From a bacterium (GTDB lineage: Bacteria > UBA8248), in contig OZ253442.1 in the NCBI GenBank assembly GCA_965261085.1, positions 832,001 to 896,000 of the forward strand: a DNA stretch of 64,000 bases. Reading direction: 5' to 3'. This document shows, piece by piece, positions 35,088 through 44,976 of the stretch; the first letter of the stretch is position 1; each line of letters begins with the position of its first letter. The notes under the pieces are model-generated. The model made no database searches, was not told where the DNA came from, and saw only the letters and a list, made by a program, of their open reading frames with translations. Both the position numbers and the translations under genes were made by a program.

Positions 35088-36080
35088 TTACAATGAGTTC
35101 ACAGGATACCTGGGCTTCTTTCCGCTCAAGACGCGGGCGATGTCCGCCCCCGCCCATGTGGCGATGGCTTCGAGGCACTCGTGCGTGGAGCCCGCCATGT
35201 GCGGCGTGAGAATGAGGTTGGGCGCACCGAAGATGGCGCTTTCTGGGTCGGGCGGTTCGCCTTCGAGCACGTCGAGGGCCGCCCCGCCGATTCGTCCACT
35301 CTTGAGCGCGCGCGCAAGCGCCGCTTCGTCCACCAGCGGGCCTCTCGCGGCGTTCACGAGAAACGCGCCTTTTTTCATTTTCGAGATCGCTTGCCTGTCG
35401 ATCAGGTGATGGGTTTTCGGCGTGAGCGGCGCGTGAAGTGTGATGAAATCGGCCCGGCCCAGGAGGGTGTCGTATCGCGTGGGCCTCGCACCGCGCGCCT
35501 TGATCTCCTCGCTCTTGAGGCCCGGGTCGTGGGCGAGGACCTTCATGCCCATCGCGAGCGCCATTTTCGTGAGCCGGCTCCCCACCTGCCCGATGCCGAT
35601 TAAGCCCAGCGTTTTCCCTTTGAGTTCCACTCCCGTGTGGCGCGCCTCGCCCCATACCCGTTCCGCGCCCACGCGGGAGGCCGCCTGGGGGATGCGTCTG
35701 GCTAAGGAGAGAATCAAGCCGAGAGTCAGTTCGGCCACGGCGTTCGCGTTCGCACCCGGCGTGTTGGTGACGAGTACGCCGCGTTGCGTGCAGGCCGCCA
35801 CGTCGACCTGATCCACGCCCGCGCCGTGTACGGCAACGACGCGCAGGTCCGGCAGCAGGTCGAGCAAAGAGGCGGCTATGTAGCCCGGACGCAGTAGAAT
35901 CCCTTCCGCGCCATTTAGTTTCTCGGCGAAGAGGACCTCTTCTTCTTCGGTCAGGGGTCTAAAGGGCAGCGCTACGGCGCGAACCGGCGCGACGCCGGCC
36001 AACGCCCTTTTCACGGGCTCCATGGCGACTGGAAAATCGGATGTGGAGGTGACGGCGGCCCACCGTTTTCTGAAAGGCAT
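35088..36080 (-). CDS. D-isomer-specific 2-hydroxyacid dehydrogenase (SerA-like, no ACT domain)
   Basis: GAGVDQVD, NANAVAE, GIGQVG, NAARG, ALDV..EP, TPHMAG. Confidence 0.9.
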   Translation of the reverse strand: MPFRKRWAAVTSTSDFPVAMEPVKRALAGVAPVRAVALPFRPLTEEEEVLFAEKLNGAEGILLRPGYIAASLLDLLPDLRVVAVHGAGVDQVDVAACTQRGVLVTNTPGANANAVAELTLGLILSLARRIPQAASRVGAERVWGEARHTGVELKGKTLGLIGIGQVGSRLTKMALAMGMKVLAHDPGLKSEEIKARGARPTRYDTLLGRADFITLHAPLTPKTHHLIDRQAISKMKKGAFLVNAARGPLVDEAALARALKSGRIGGAALDVLEGEPPDPESAIFGAPNLILTPHMAGSTHECLEAIATWAGADIARVLSGKKPRYPVNSL

Positions 36081-36088
36081 CAGGCGAG

Positions 36089-37750
36089 CTACATGTCGAC
36101 GACGGAGAATTCGCCATCATAGTTGTATTCGGCTCTGGCCTTTTGAACGGAAAGCAGTCCCTCTTGCAAGTCGTGTTCGATGGAGTAGAAGGAGCGGTCC
36201 TTCGGATCGCCGTAACCCCCCCCGCTCGGCACTTCGAGCACGAGCCTGTCGCTTTGGTTCATCACCCATTGACGCTTGGGGTTGATGGGGCGTCCGTTCA
36301 GGGTCACCTTGCCGACGCGCCCGTTTTTCCCGCCGAACAACCCATAGGCGGGGTGCCGGGTTCGCTCGCTCATGAACGTGAGGAGGATAGGTCCGTCGGA
36401 CAGCGATTTCACGATGACCTGCTGGCCGTTTCCACCGGCGTATTTGCCCGCGCCGCCGCTGTCTCTGATGGACGCTTTTCTCTCCACCAGCAAGGGTACA
36501 AGATGCTCGAGGATTTCGATGGGTGTATTCGACGTGTTCGAAGGGAAATCGAGACATACGCGCCCATCGTGCCTGTCCGTCGCGCCTTGTCCTCCGTGCA
36601 GGAAGAAGTTGCCGGCGAAGTGCCTGTTTTCCTTTGTGATGCCTGCCGCGTTGATGGCCCACGTGGGGCTGCCGCTGGCCGCCTGCACGAGGTTGGGAAC
36701 CGCTTTGCACAGCGCGCCGAAAATGGCCGAGGGAATGAAGTGTCCCACCATGGAGCGGCCGTTCACGGGGGCCGGATAACGGGGATTCAGTATGCTGCCC
36801 TCGGGGGCCGATACCGTCACGGGCCGGAAGTTGCCCTCGTTGTTGGGAATCTGCGGACAGAACAGGCATTTGAGCGAATAGGCGGAATAGGAATAGACAT
36901 AGTTCAGAACGGCGTTCAGGCCGCGGTCGACCTGTGGGGATGAGCCCGTGTAATCCACCAGAATGCTGCTGCCGCGTACCTTGACCTCCACGCGGATGAC
37001 GAGCGGCTCATCGTACCCGTCGGTGGATACCTGAAAGCGGTATTCCCCGTCTTCCACTTTCTTGATGGCCTCGCGCATCGCGTTTTCAGAACGCTGGAAG
37101 ATTGTGGTGGCCGGTGCCTCGATGTCGGCGAGTTTGTACTCTTCGAGCATCTCGCCGATGCGCTGGGCGGCGAGTCTTCCGGCGGACATATGGGAGATCA
37201 TGTCTCCCTCCACCTGGTTCGGCACGCGCACGTTTTTTCTGATAATGCGCAGAATATCCTCGTTGATCTGGCCCGCCGACATGTACTTGCAGGGCGGGAG
37301 CTGGAGGCCTTCTTCGTAAATCTCGCGCACCTCGGGGGATCGCAGTTTTCCCCCCATGTCCGTTACCTGGGTGGTGATGCCGATGATGGCGACCAGCTTC
37401 GATTTGTAGAACACCGGTGTGAGAGAAGTGAGGTCTTGAAGATGACCGGTTCCCATCCACGGGTCGTTCGTGAGGATGAGGTCATCCGGCTTGAGGGTTT
37501 CCTGCGGGAATATCTGCAGAAGTTTTTTGGCTGTAATCGGCAATGCGCCCACGAAGCTGGGCATGGTGGACCTGGCCTGGGCGATGGACTGTCCGTTGGG
37601 ATTCAGTATGATGACGGCGAAATTTCTCGATTCGCGTATGGTCGTGGAAAAAGCGGTGCGGACAATCTCGGTGGCCGCTTCCTCGGCGATGGCGATGAAG
37701 CGGTTCCAGAGGACTTCCAAGGTAATTGAATCGATACCCTTGCGGGCCAT
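36089..37750 (-). CDS. Hydantoinase B/oxoprolinase family protein
   Basis: RTAFSTTIRE, NDPWMGTGHLQD, EIYEEGL, NTPIEILE, DSGGAG, SGGGYGDP. Confidence 0.93.
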   Translation of the reverse strand: MARKGIDSITLEVLWNRFIAIAEEAATEIVRTAFSTTIRESRNFAVIILNPNGQSIAQARSTMPSFVGALPITAKKLLQIFPQETLKPDDLILTNDPWMGTGHLQDLTSLTPVFYKSKLVAIIGITTQVTDMGGKLRSPEVREIYEEGLQLPPCKYMSAGQINEDILRIIRKNVRVPNQVEGDMISHMSAGRLAAQRIGEMLEEYKLADIEAPATTIFQRSENAMREAIKKVEDGEYRFQVSTDGYDEPLVIRVEVKVRGSSILVDYTGSSPQVDRGLNAVLNYVYSYSAYSLKCLFCPQIPNNEGNFRPVTVSAPEGSILNPRYPAPVNGRSMVGHFIPSAIFGALCKAVPNLVQAASGSPTWAINAAGITKENRHFAGNFFLHGGQGATDRHDGRVCLDFPSNTSNTPIEILEHLVPLLVERKASIRDSGGAGKYAGGNGQQVIVKSLSDGPILLTFMSERTRHPAYGLFGGKNGRVGKVTLNGRPINPKRQWVMNQSDRLVLEVPSGGGYGDPKDRSFYSIEHDLQEGLLSVQKARAEYNYDGEFSVVDM

Positions 37751-37763
37751 ATTTGAATCTCTC

Positions 37764-39863
37764 CTAGAGTTCGATGATCAGGTTCTGGAATTTATCGACC
37801 TGGAAATTCGAGCGCGGCCCGATGACGGTCGTCGTCATTTTCTCTTCCACCAACGCCGGCCCCTTGAACTTCTGTCCCGGCTTCAACAGATAGCGGTCGA
37901 AGATATTTACCTTTCGGAAACCCTTGTTTTCCGGCATGTAGATGCGCCGGTTGCCCTTCAAGGCGTTTTTCACGTTTTTTTCGGGCAGATTCGAAAAATC
38001 AAAGCTCACGTTGGGTTCCGGCCCCATACCGAAGATTCGCCAACTGAACACCTGAAGCGGCACTTCGTCGATGGCGCGTCCATGAGCCGAGGCGTAGTGC
38101 TCGCGATAGGTTTCGCTGATTTCTCCAAAATGGTTCTGCGTCAGTTTTCCGCTCGGAATGGGAATGGTGAGCGGGAAGCCCTGACCCTCGAAGCTGATGT
38201 CCGCCATACGCTGAATCCGGATTTCGCGTTCTCTCACCCCTGCATCGGTGAGGACTTCGCGCAGCCGCTTTTCCCGAATGATGAGCGTGTCGTTGAGCTT
38301 GGTGAGGTTCACGTCTTCGAGCAGCATGACCTGGCTGTCCACGGTGTCCACCTTGAAGGGGACGGTGTGGAGACCCAGGCTGGAAGCCAATCCGGCGCCC
38401 GGCGGACAGACAATGCGCTTGAGCCCCACCTTGCGCGCAAGCCGGAAGGCGTGAACGGGGCCCGCGCCGCCGGTGGCCATGAGGGTGAAGTTGCGAGGGT
38501 CTTTTCCGCGCTCTGAGAGCTTGATGCGCGCGGCGGCGGCCATGGTTTCATTCACCAGTTCATGAATGCCCCAGGCCGCCTGGATCTCTTCGATCTTCAT
38601 CGGCGCGGCGATTTTGGTGCGTATGGCTTCGGATGCCGCCTCGAGGAAAATAGGCATCTCACCACCCAGGAAATAATCGGGATTGATGTAGCTGAGAAGC
38701 AGATTGGCATCGGTCACCGTAGGTTCTTCTCCGCCCAGTCCGTAGCAGGCGGGTCCGGGGGACGCCCCCTGGCTCTCGGGGCCGACCTTGAGCAATCCGA
38801 GATCATCGATTCGCGCGATGCTGCCTCCTCCGGCGCCGACTTCGATGAGATCGATGCACGGCACCTGGATGGGCATTCCACTGCCCTTGGTGAAGCGCTT
38901 GACGCGCGCAATCTCGAATTGAACGGACAGGTGGGGTTCGCCGTTTTCGATGATGCAGGATTTGGCGGTGGTGCCGCCCATGTCGAAGGCGATGAGATTT
39001 TCGAATCCACCCAGTTTCCCGAAATAGGCCGAGGAGAGTGCTCCCGCAGCGGGTCCTGATTCGAACATGCGTATGGGACTGCGTCCGGCGGATTGCGCCG
39101 TGGCGATGCCGCCGTTCGACAGCATGATGTAGAGCGAGACGTTTTCGAGGTTGACTTCCAGGTCTTCGAGATATTTCGAGACTATCGGCTGAATGTAGGC
39201 GTTGGCCACCGTGGTGGACGTTCTCTCGTATTCCCTGATCTCCGGACAAACCTGAGAGGAGAGGCTGAAACTCACTTCAGGGAACGATTGCGCTATCGCT
39301 TCGCCGACTTCGGTTTCATGGGCCGGATTGGCGTAGGAGTGCAAGAGGCAAACCGCTATGGATTCCGCCCCTTTTTCCACGAGTTCCTGAATCGTTACTT
39401 TCACTTCCTGGGTGCTCAGAGGCTGGAGAATCTCTCCGGACGCGGAAATCCTCTCCGTCAATTCACGACGGAAAGGTCCGGAAACCAGGGGTTCTGGAAA
39501 TTCAGGCACGATGTCGTAGATGTCATATCTTGATTCACGGCCCATCAAAAGGATGTCGGCGAATCCCTTCGTGGCGAGAAGACCCGTGGCCGCTCCTTTC
39601 TTCTCGATGATCGCGTTGGTGGCGAGGGTGGTCGCGTGAATCGCTTGGCCGAGATCGCGGAACCGCAGGCTTTCCTCATCGAGCAACGTCCGCAGACCTG
39701 CAAGCGCGCCGATGGAAGGGTCATTCGGCGTCGTGAGATATTTGCCCACCGAGGTCTTTCCGTTCGATGGGTTATAAATCGCAATATCGGTGAACGTGCC
39801 ACCTATATCAATAGCAGCGATAATTCGTTTTCTCGATGTGTAAGAGGATGCGGATTTGGCCAT
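37764..39863 (-). CDS. Hydantoinase A/oxoprolinase family protein
   Basis: DIGGTFTD, HATTLATNA, REYERTSTT, ESGPAAG, DMGGTT, GAGGGS, GPACYG, PTVTDA. Confidence 0.95.
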   Translation of the reverse strand: MAKSASSYTSRKRIIAAIDIGGTFTDIAIYNPSNGKTSVGKYLTTPNDPSIGALAGLRTLLDEESLRFRDLGQAIHATTLATNAIIEKKGAATGLLATKGFADILLMGRESRYDIYDIVPEFPEPLVSGPFRRELTERISASGEILQPLSTQEVKVTIQELVEKGAESIAVCLLHSYANPAHETEVGEAIAQSFPEVSFSLSSQVCPEIREYERTSTTVANAYIQPIVSKYLEDLEVNLENVSLYIMLSNGGIATAQSAGRSPIRMFESGPAAGALSSAYFGKLGGFENLIAFDMGGTTAKSCIIENGEPHLSVQFEIARVKRFTKGSGMPIQVPCIDLIEVGAGGGSIARIDDLGLLKVGPESQGASPGPACYGLGGEEPTVTDANLLLSYINPDYFLGGEMPIFLEAASEAIRTKIAAPMKIEEIQAAWGIHELVNETMAAAARIKLSERGKDPRNFTLMATGGAGPVHAFRLARKVGLKRIVCPPGAGLASSLGLHTVPFKVDTVDSQVMLLEDVNLTKLNDTLIIREKRLREVLTDAGVREREIRIQRMADISFEGQGFPLTIPIPSGKLTQNHFGEISETYREHYASAHGRAIDEVPLQVFSWRIFGMGPEPNVSFDFSNLPEKNVKNALKGNRRIYMPENKGFRKVNIFDRYLLKPGQKFKGPALVEEKMTTTVIGPRSNFQVDKFQNLIIEL

Positions 39864-40282
39864 TTCTAAGTTGTGGAAAAGCCTCTTGTAGTGGGGATGA
39901 AAAGATTAATGCGGCACCGTGTAATTAAGGGTGATCGCATGCAACTCAAATTCTACAAGTAGACATAAGTATATGAAAACAGACGCTTTGTCAATTCTTG
40001 GCCGGACGAATCTGATTTAGGATATTGAAATATAACGACTTATTTGATTTTATGAAACAAGATACAATAATATAAATTATGAAACTTAATGAGGAAATGA
40101 TGTTAACTCATTGATCTGTTTACCGTTATGAAACCATGATCCCCCGTTTCGCTTCAAATGGTCGAATCTGCAGGAGCGAAACAAGTTGCAACCCTCGATA
40201 AAAAGTAATTGTTTGCATATAAAAGCCGAATGTCCATACGATAGGATACGTGTTTTCTCAAACCAGAGTGAGGCCCGATGTA

Positions 40283-41296
40283 ATGGCGGGAATTAAAAGC
40301 GAATCGCCTGTTCGTTATGCCCTGGTGGATTGCGATCCTGGCGTGGATGACGCGCTGGCCCTGGCGATGGGCTTCGCATCGCCCTTTTTCCGGTACGACG
40401 CCGTGACGACCGTGCACGGCAATGTTTCCGCACGTCTGGCCTACAGGAACGCGAGAAGACTCACTGCATTCCTGCGGGATCATCTCGAATCCCCCATTCC
40501 GGATGCTCCCGTCTACCGGGGCGCTTCACTGGCCCTGGACGGAAGCCGCCTGAACCGGAGCGAATCGCGCATGATTCACGGGCCGGAAGGCATGGGAGCG
40601 ATGTTCAAAAACAAAAAGCGGTTGCGCCGCCTGGGCGGAGGAAGTTCGAAACCGGCTTGGGAGGTGATCATCGAGCAAGCCGCGGAGCGAGGTTCGGCGT
40701 TGACGATCATCATGCTGGGGCCGCTGACGAATCTGGCCCTGGCGCTTCGGCGCGCGCCCGGGGCCTTGGCTCGCGTGAGGCGGATTGTGGTCATGGGGGG
40801 AGCCGCCCGGATGCCGGGGAACGTGACGCCTGCGGCCGAATTCAATATCTATTGCGATCCCCAGGCGGCGGCCCAAGTGTTCTCATCGGGCTTGCCCGTC
40901 ACGATGGTGGGTCTGGACGTGACGAGACGCGCGCTCCTTGGCGTCGATGAATTCGAGGGTGGCGGTTCCTTCCGCGCGGCCCTTGGAGATCTCATTAAAG
41001 TCTATGCGCGATTCTCCCAAAAGCGGAGGGGGGCCGACGACATCACCCTGCACGATCCCCTGGCTCTCGCCGTCGCTATGAAGCCGGATTTGGTGGAGAC
41101 CAAAAGCTGTCATGTGGATGTGGATACGAGCAAGGGCATCGCGCGCGGAATGACGGTGGTGGATTTGCGGGAAAACAGGGGGGCGCGGGTCAAAAACCCA
41201 GTCGATGTAGCGCTGGACGTGGATGTAAAGAGATTTCTGGCGTTTTTTATCTCACATCTGCGCAAATATCGTGGATGGGATGAGGATGAGGAATAA
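40283..41296 (+). CDS. Nucleoside hydrolase (IU-NH family)
   Basis: DCDPGVDD, GPLTNLA, GNVTPAAEFNIYCDP, LHDP. Confidence 0.93.
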   Translation: MAGIKSESPVRYALVDCDPGVDDALALAMGFASPFFRYDAVTTVHGNVSARLAYRNARRLTAFLRDHLESPIPDAPVYRGASLALDGSRLNRSESRMIHGPEGMGAMFKNKKRLRRLGGGSSKPAWEVIIEQAAERGSALTIIMLGPLTNLALALRRAPGALARVRRIVVMGGAARMPGNVTPAAEFNIYCDPQAAAQVFSSGLPVTMVGLDVTRRALLGVDEFEGGGSFRAALGDLIKVYARFSQKRRGADDITLHDPLALAVAMKPDLVETKSCHVDVDTSKGIARGMTVVDLRENRGARVKNPVDVALDVDVKRFLAFFISHLRKYRGWDEDEE

Positions 41297-42260
41297 AAAG
41301 AACACCGTTTTGGTGTTGGGAAGTTCGAACATCGATATCGTCGTTCGCGTGGATAAACTTCCCTCCGCAGGGGAGACCGTCCTGGGAGAAGAGCGGCGTG
41401 AGTATTGGGGCGGGAAAGGGGCGAATCAGGCCCTGGCGGCCGTCCGCTCCGGGGCGGAGGTTCGTTTCGTCACCATGCTGGGAAACGACGCGGGCGGCGA
41501 CGCTTATGGCCGTTATCTGGTGGAAAGCGGGGTATCGCCCGACGGGATATTGCGCTCCAAGGCGAGCACGGGCGCTGCGCTGATAGTGGTGGACAAGAAA
41601 GGCGAGAACCAAATCGCCGTGGCCCCCGGCGCGAATGAGCTCCTCACGCCCGGGCGGATAAGAAGAAAAGCGGGACTTCTGGACTTTGGCGATGTCGTTC
41701 TGGCGCAGCTCGAGGTTCCGGTTCCATCAGTCGTGGCCGCGTTCGAAAGAGGAAGAAAGCGCGGCGCCTGCAACATCCTGAACCCGGCGCCGATCGCGGG
41801 AGAGTTGCCGCGTGAAGTGATTCGATTGGCCGACGTGCTGGCGCCGAACGAAACCGAGGCGGCGCATCTGGCCGAACTTGCGAAACCACCCGAAACCGAT
41901 GAGGAGTTCCTGCGCACGGCACGCGCCCTGCGGGCTCTGGGGCCTTCGCGGGTCGTTATCACCGCGGGCGCAAAAGGGGCTTTTCTCCTGGATGAAAAAC
42001 AAGCCTGCTGGCTCAGGCCTCCCGCCGGGATTGAGGTGGTGGATACCACGGGCGCGGGCGATGCTTTTTGCGGCGCGCTGGCGGCGAGATTCGCAGAAGG
42101 CGCAGGATTCGAGGATGCGGTTCGCTTCGCCGTCAGCGCCGGTTCGTGTTCGGTGAAAAGATATGGCGCGCAAACAGGTTTGCCTTCCCGTCGGCAAATT
42201 ATGAAAAACCAAAGGCAAGTGCGTCAAAAACAGATTCGGTTGGTTGACTTCAATCCATAA
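41286..42260 (+). CDS. rbsK: Ribokinase
   Basis: GSSNIDI, GGKGANQA, NETEA, DTTGAGDAF. Confidence 0.92.
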   Translation: MRNKKNTVLVLGSSNIDIVVRVDKLPSAGETVLGEERREYWGGKGANQALAAVRSGAEVRFVTMLGNDAGGDAYGRYLVESGVSPDGILRSKASTGAALIVVDKKGENQIAVAPGANELLTPGRIRRKAGLLDFGDVVLAQLEVPVPSVVAAFERGRKRGACNILNPAPIAGELPREVIRLADVLAPNETEAAHLAELAKPPETDEEFLRTARALRALGPSRVVITAGAKGAFLLDEKQACWLRPPAGIEVVDTTGAGDAFCGALAARFAEGAGFEDAVRFAVSAGSCSVKRYGAQTGLPSRRQIMKNQRQVRQKQIRLVDFNP

Positions 42261-42357
42261 CCCGCTTAGGGTAAACGCGATAGTTGTTGGGTGGTCGAAA
42301 TTTCTTTCCCATGTCGCCTCTTAAAGTCATGATGCGTCGCCAAAAGGAGAAACACTC

Positions 42358-43398
42358 ATGCCGATGGATTGGGATGAGTTCAAATCGAGAAGACAAGGTG
42401 GAGGAGGTGGCGGTGGAGGCGGCGGCATGCCGCAGTTCAAGCTGCCGCAGTTTCGTTTGCCGAATTTCAAGCTCCCGTCCGTGGCCATATTCGTGGTGGT
42501 GGTTCTGATTTGGCTGGCTTCGGGTATTTTCAGCGTGGGGCCGGACGAGCAGGGAATCGTTCTTCGGTTCGGCCGCATCGACCGGGTGGTGTCCTCGGGC
42601 TTGAACTATCATATGCCCTTCCCGATGGAGACCGCCTACACGCCGAAGGTAACGGAAGTGAAGCGCGTGGAAATCGGCTTCCGCACGATCGACCCTGGGC
42701 CCCCCGCCAGATATACGGACAAGCCCCACGAGTCGAGGATGTTGACCGGGGATGAGAACATGGTCGACGTCGACATGATCGTGCAGTACCGCATCGTGGA
42801 GGCGGACAAGTACCTCTTCAAGGTTCGCAATCCTAGGGAGACGGTGGTGCACGCCGCCGAAGCCGCCATCCGGCAAGTCGTGGGCAGCAAGCCCATCGAT
42901 GAGGCGCTTACCACCGGAAAGGGTGCGATTCAGCAAGAGACGATGGTGGAGATGCAAAAGATATTGGATCTGTACGAAACCGGTTTGCGCGTGGCGGCGG
43001 TGCAGCTTCAGGACGTGACGCCGCCCAAGGATGTCATTCACGCCTTCAAGGACGTGGCCAGCGCCCGTGAGGACAGAAACCGCCTCGTGAATGAGGCGCA
43101 AGGCTATCAAAACCAGGTGATACCGGAGACGCGCGGCAAGGTGGCCGCCGTTCTCAGACAAGCGGAAGCCTACCGCGAGACCAAGATTCGCCATGCGCGC
43201 GGAGATGCGAACCGCTTCCTCGCCACGCTCAAGGAATACAAAAAAGCGCCGGCCATTACGCGCGAGCGCCTGTATCTCGAAATGATGCAGGAGGTGATGC
43301 CGACGGTGGACAAAATAATTCTGGATCAGGGTAAATCCGGCGTGTTGCCGATACTCCCGCTGCGGGGAGGTGGAATAGAAGGGATAACGAAACGATGA
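42358..43398 (+). CDS. hflK: FtsH protease modulator HflK
   Basis: Gly-rich N-terminus, TM helix, SPFH domain MLTGDENMV, RERLYLE. Confidence 0.95.
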   Translation: MPMDWDEFKSRRQGGGGGGGGGGMPQFKLPQFRLPNFKLPSVAIFVVVVLIWLASGIFSVGPDEQGIVLRFGRIDRVVSSGLNYHMPFPMETAYTPKVTEVKRVEIGFRTIDPGPPARYTDKPHESRMLTGDENMVDVDMIVQYRIVEADKYLFKVRNPRETVVHAAEAAIRQVVGSKPIDEALTTGKGAIQQETMVEMQKILDLYETGLRVAAVQLQDVTPPKDVIHAFKDVASAREDRNRLVNEAQGYQNQVIPETRGKVAAVLRQAEAYRETKIRHARGDANRFLATLKEYKKAPAITRERLYLEMMQEVMPTVDKIILDQGKSGVLPILPLRGGGIEGITKR

Positions 43399-44300
43399 GC
43401 GCCGAGGGAGCCATAAAATTGCCCAAAAAGACAATCGCGTTGTTGGTTTTGGTCCTGATTCTCATCTTCGCGCTCAATTCGTTTTTCTTTAAGGTTCGTG
43501 AAGACAGGCAAGTGGTCGTCACCCGGTTCGGCAAGCCAGTCCGCGTTTTGCGTGACGCGGGGCTTAACTACCGGATTCCATTCGTGGAGCAGCTCACGTA
43601 TTTCGACCGCCGCCTGCTGGAGTATGACTCCAACCCCACGGAGATCATCACCCAAGACAAGAAATCCCTCGTGGTGGATAACTTCTCGCGCTGGCGCATC
43701 ATCGACCCGCTGCAATTTCTGCGCACCGTCCGCAACGAACCCGGGGCGCAAGCGCGGCTCGACGACATTATCTACAGTGAATTGCGCCAAGAGCTTGGCC
43801 GCAAGGACTTGAGTGATATCGTGTCGAAAGACCGCGCGCAATTGATGGCCAAGGTCACCAAGGCGAGCGACAAGAAAGCGCGCGAATACGGCATCGAGAT
43901 AGTGGACGTTCGCTTGAAGCGAGCAGACTTGCCCACGGAGAACTTAAAGGCCATTTACGGGCGCATGCAGGCCGAGCGGCAAAGAATCGCCCGCCAGTAC
44001 CGCTCGGAAGGAAAAGAGCAGGCCCAGAAGATACGGGCGGAAACCAATCGTGAGCGTGACGTGCTCCTGGCGGTGGCTTATGAGAAAGAGCAAACCACCA
44101 AGGGCGAGGGCGACGCCAAGAGCATCGACATCAACGCCCAGGCGTTCGGGCAGGATCAGGAATTTTATGCGTTCCTGAAGAGCCTGGAGGTGTACCGGAG
44201 TTCTTTGAAAGAGAAGACGACGCTCCTGCTGCCCGCGGGCAGCGATTTCCTCAGATTCCTGCAAGGATCGAGGAACAGAAACCTGAAAAAATCCGAATAA
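43395..44300 (+). CDS. hflC: FtsH protease modulator HflC
   Basis: TQDKKSLVVDN, DVRLKRADLP, RMQAERQRIA, GEGDA, FYAFLKSLEVY. Confidence 0.95.
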   Translation: MSAEGAIKLPKKTIALLVLVLILIFALNSFFFKVREDRQVVVTRFGKPVRVLRDAGLNYRIPFVEQLTYFDRRLLEYDSNPTEIITQDKKSLVVDNFSRWRIIDPLQFLRTVRNEPGAQARLDDIIYSELRQELGRKDLSDIVSKDRAQLMAKVTKASDKKAREYGIEIVDVRLKRADLPTENLKAIYGRMQAERQRIARQYRSEGKEQAQKIRAETNRERDVLLAVAYEKEQTTKGEGDAKSIDINAQAFGQDQEFYAFLKSLEVYRSSLKEKTTLLLPAGSDFLRFLQGSRNRNLKKSE

Positions 44301-44318
44301 ATCCGGTTCCGGAAAAGG

Positions 44319-44352
44319 AAAGCCCCCTCTCTCTTGGAGAGGGGGCTTTTTT
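44319..44352 (+). terminator. Rho-independent terminator (possibly bidirectional)
   Basis: AAAGCCCCCTCTC...GAGAGGGGGCTTTTTT. Confidence 0.85.
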
Positions 44353-44439
44353 CGTGGTGCGTGGTTTCTGAAAAGCGCCTGATGCGAATTTTCCGGGCTT
44401 TTCAGAATTTTGGAGCCCCGTGGGGCCCCCTTGGTGGGA

Positions 44440-44612
44440 TAGGGGCATCCTCTGGAGGGAAAGGGCAGGCGATGCCCGGAAGGATGATTCTGCCGCCCGT
44501 CATCATGAACAACGTCAACGACTTGCCTATGAAAATTGCTTTTCCAGCGGAGATGAAGGGCGGATGCGCCTACCTGAACTGATGGTGATATGAATGTTTG
44601 ATGCTACCCTTA
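44440..44612 (-). ncRNA. Candidate structured ncRNA (about 170 nt, unidentified)
   Basis: Starts just after a TTGACA/TACATT promoter; three nested stems can be drawn; no convincing ORF or RBS. Confidence 0.35.
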
Positions 44613-44618
44613 CTCTTC

Positions 44619-44647
44619 AATGTAGGTCGGATTTTTCCTTATGTCAA
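44619..44647 (-). promoter_or_regulatory. Sigma70-type promoter
   Basis: Minus strand TTGACA-17 nt-TACATT. Confidence 0.6.
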
Positions 44648-44655
44648 GAAATTTC

Positions 44656-44825
44656 ACACAAAATGTAGTGTATTATTTTCTAGTTACACAATATATTGGG
44701 TTTGAAAGATGATCTTACCCACAGGTTATCCAGATGGGGAAAACCGAATTACTACATAAAAAGCAATCAGTTACGGGGATTCTATATATAGTGTGGCGAT
44801 GAGTTGTGGATACAATATCTTGGGA
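44656..44825. promoter_or_regulatory. Four NrdR-box-like sites (44656, 44686, 44779, 44810) with DnaA-box-like and IHF-like sites
   Basis: ACACAAAATGTAGTGT, ACACAATATATTGGGT, ATTCTATATATAGTGT and ATACAATATCTTGGGA versus consensus acaCwAtATaTwGtg; the pairs are 30 and 31 bp apart. Confidence 0.65.
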
Positions 44826-44976
44826 TAAGAAGAAATATTCTTTGCGGGCTTTCCCTGGATTCGTTTTCGGTCGATGAAGTCATTGAATCGGCTGCCGGAC
44901 GCATCCGAAGGCGCGCAAAACGAGCCGCCCTCCGGATGTTTTTACCGCACCACCGATCCAGGTGAGGAATCCCCCG

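Noticed and set aside
42250-43434. Long antisense ORFs (also 8533-9543, 60203-61354, 61623-62735, 62830-63876)
   Set aside because: They are shadow frames of well-supported genes, as expected in high-GC DNA.
44650-44830. Chromosomal replication origin
   Set aside because: Only three imperfect DnaA boxes, no dnaA, dnaN or gidA context, and the rRNA operon would be head-on to the fork.
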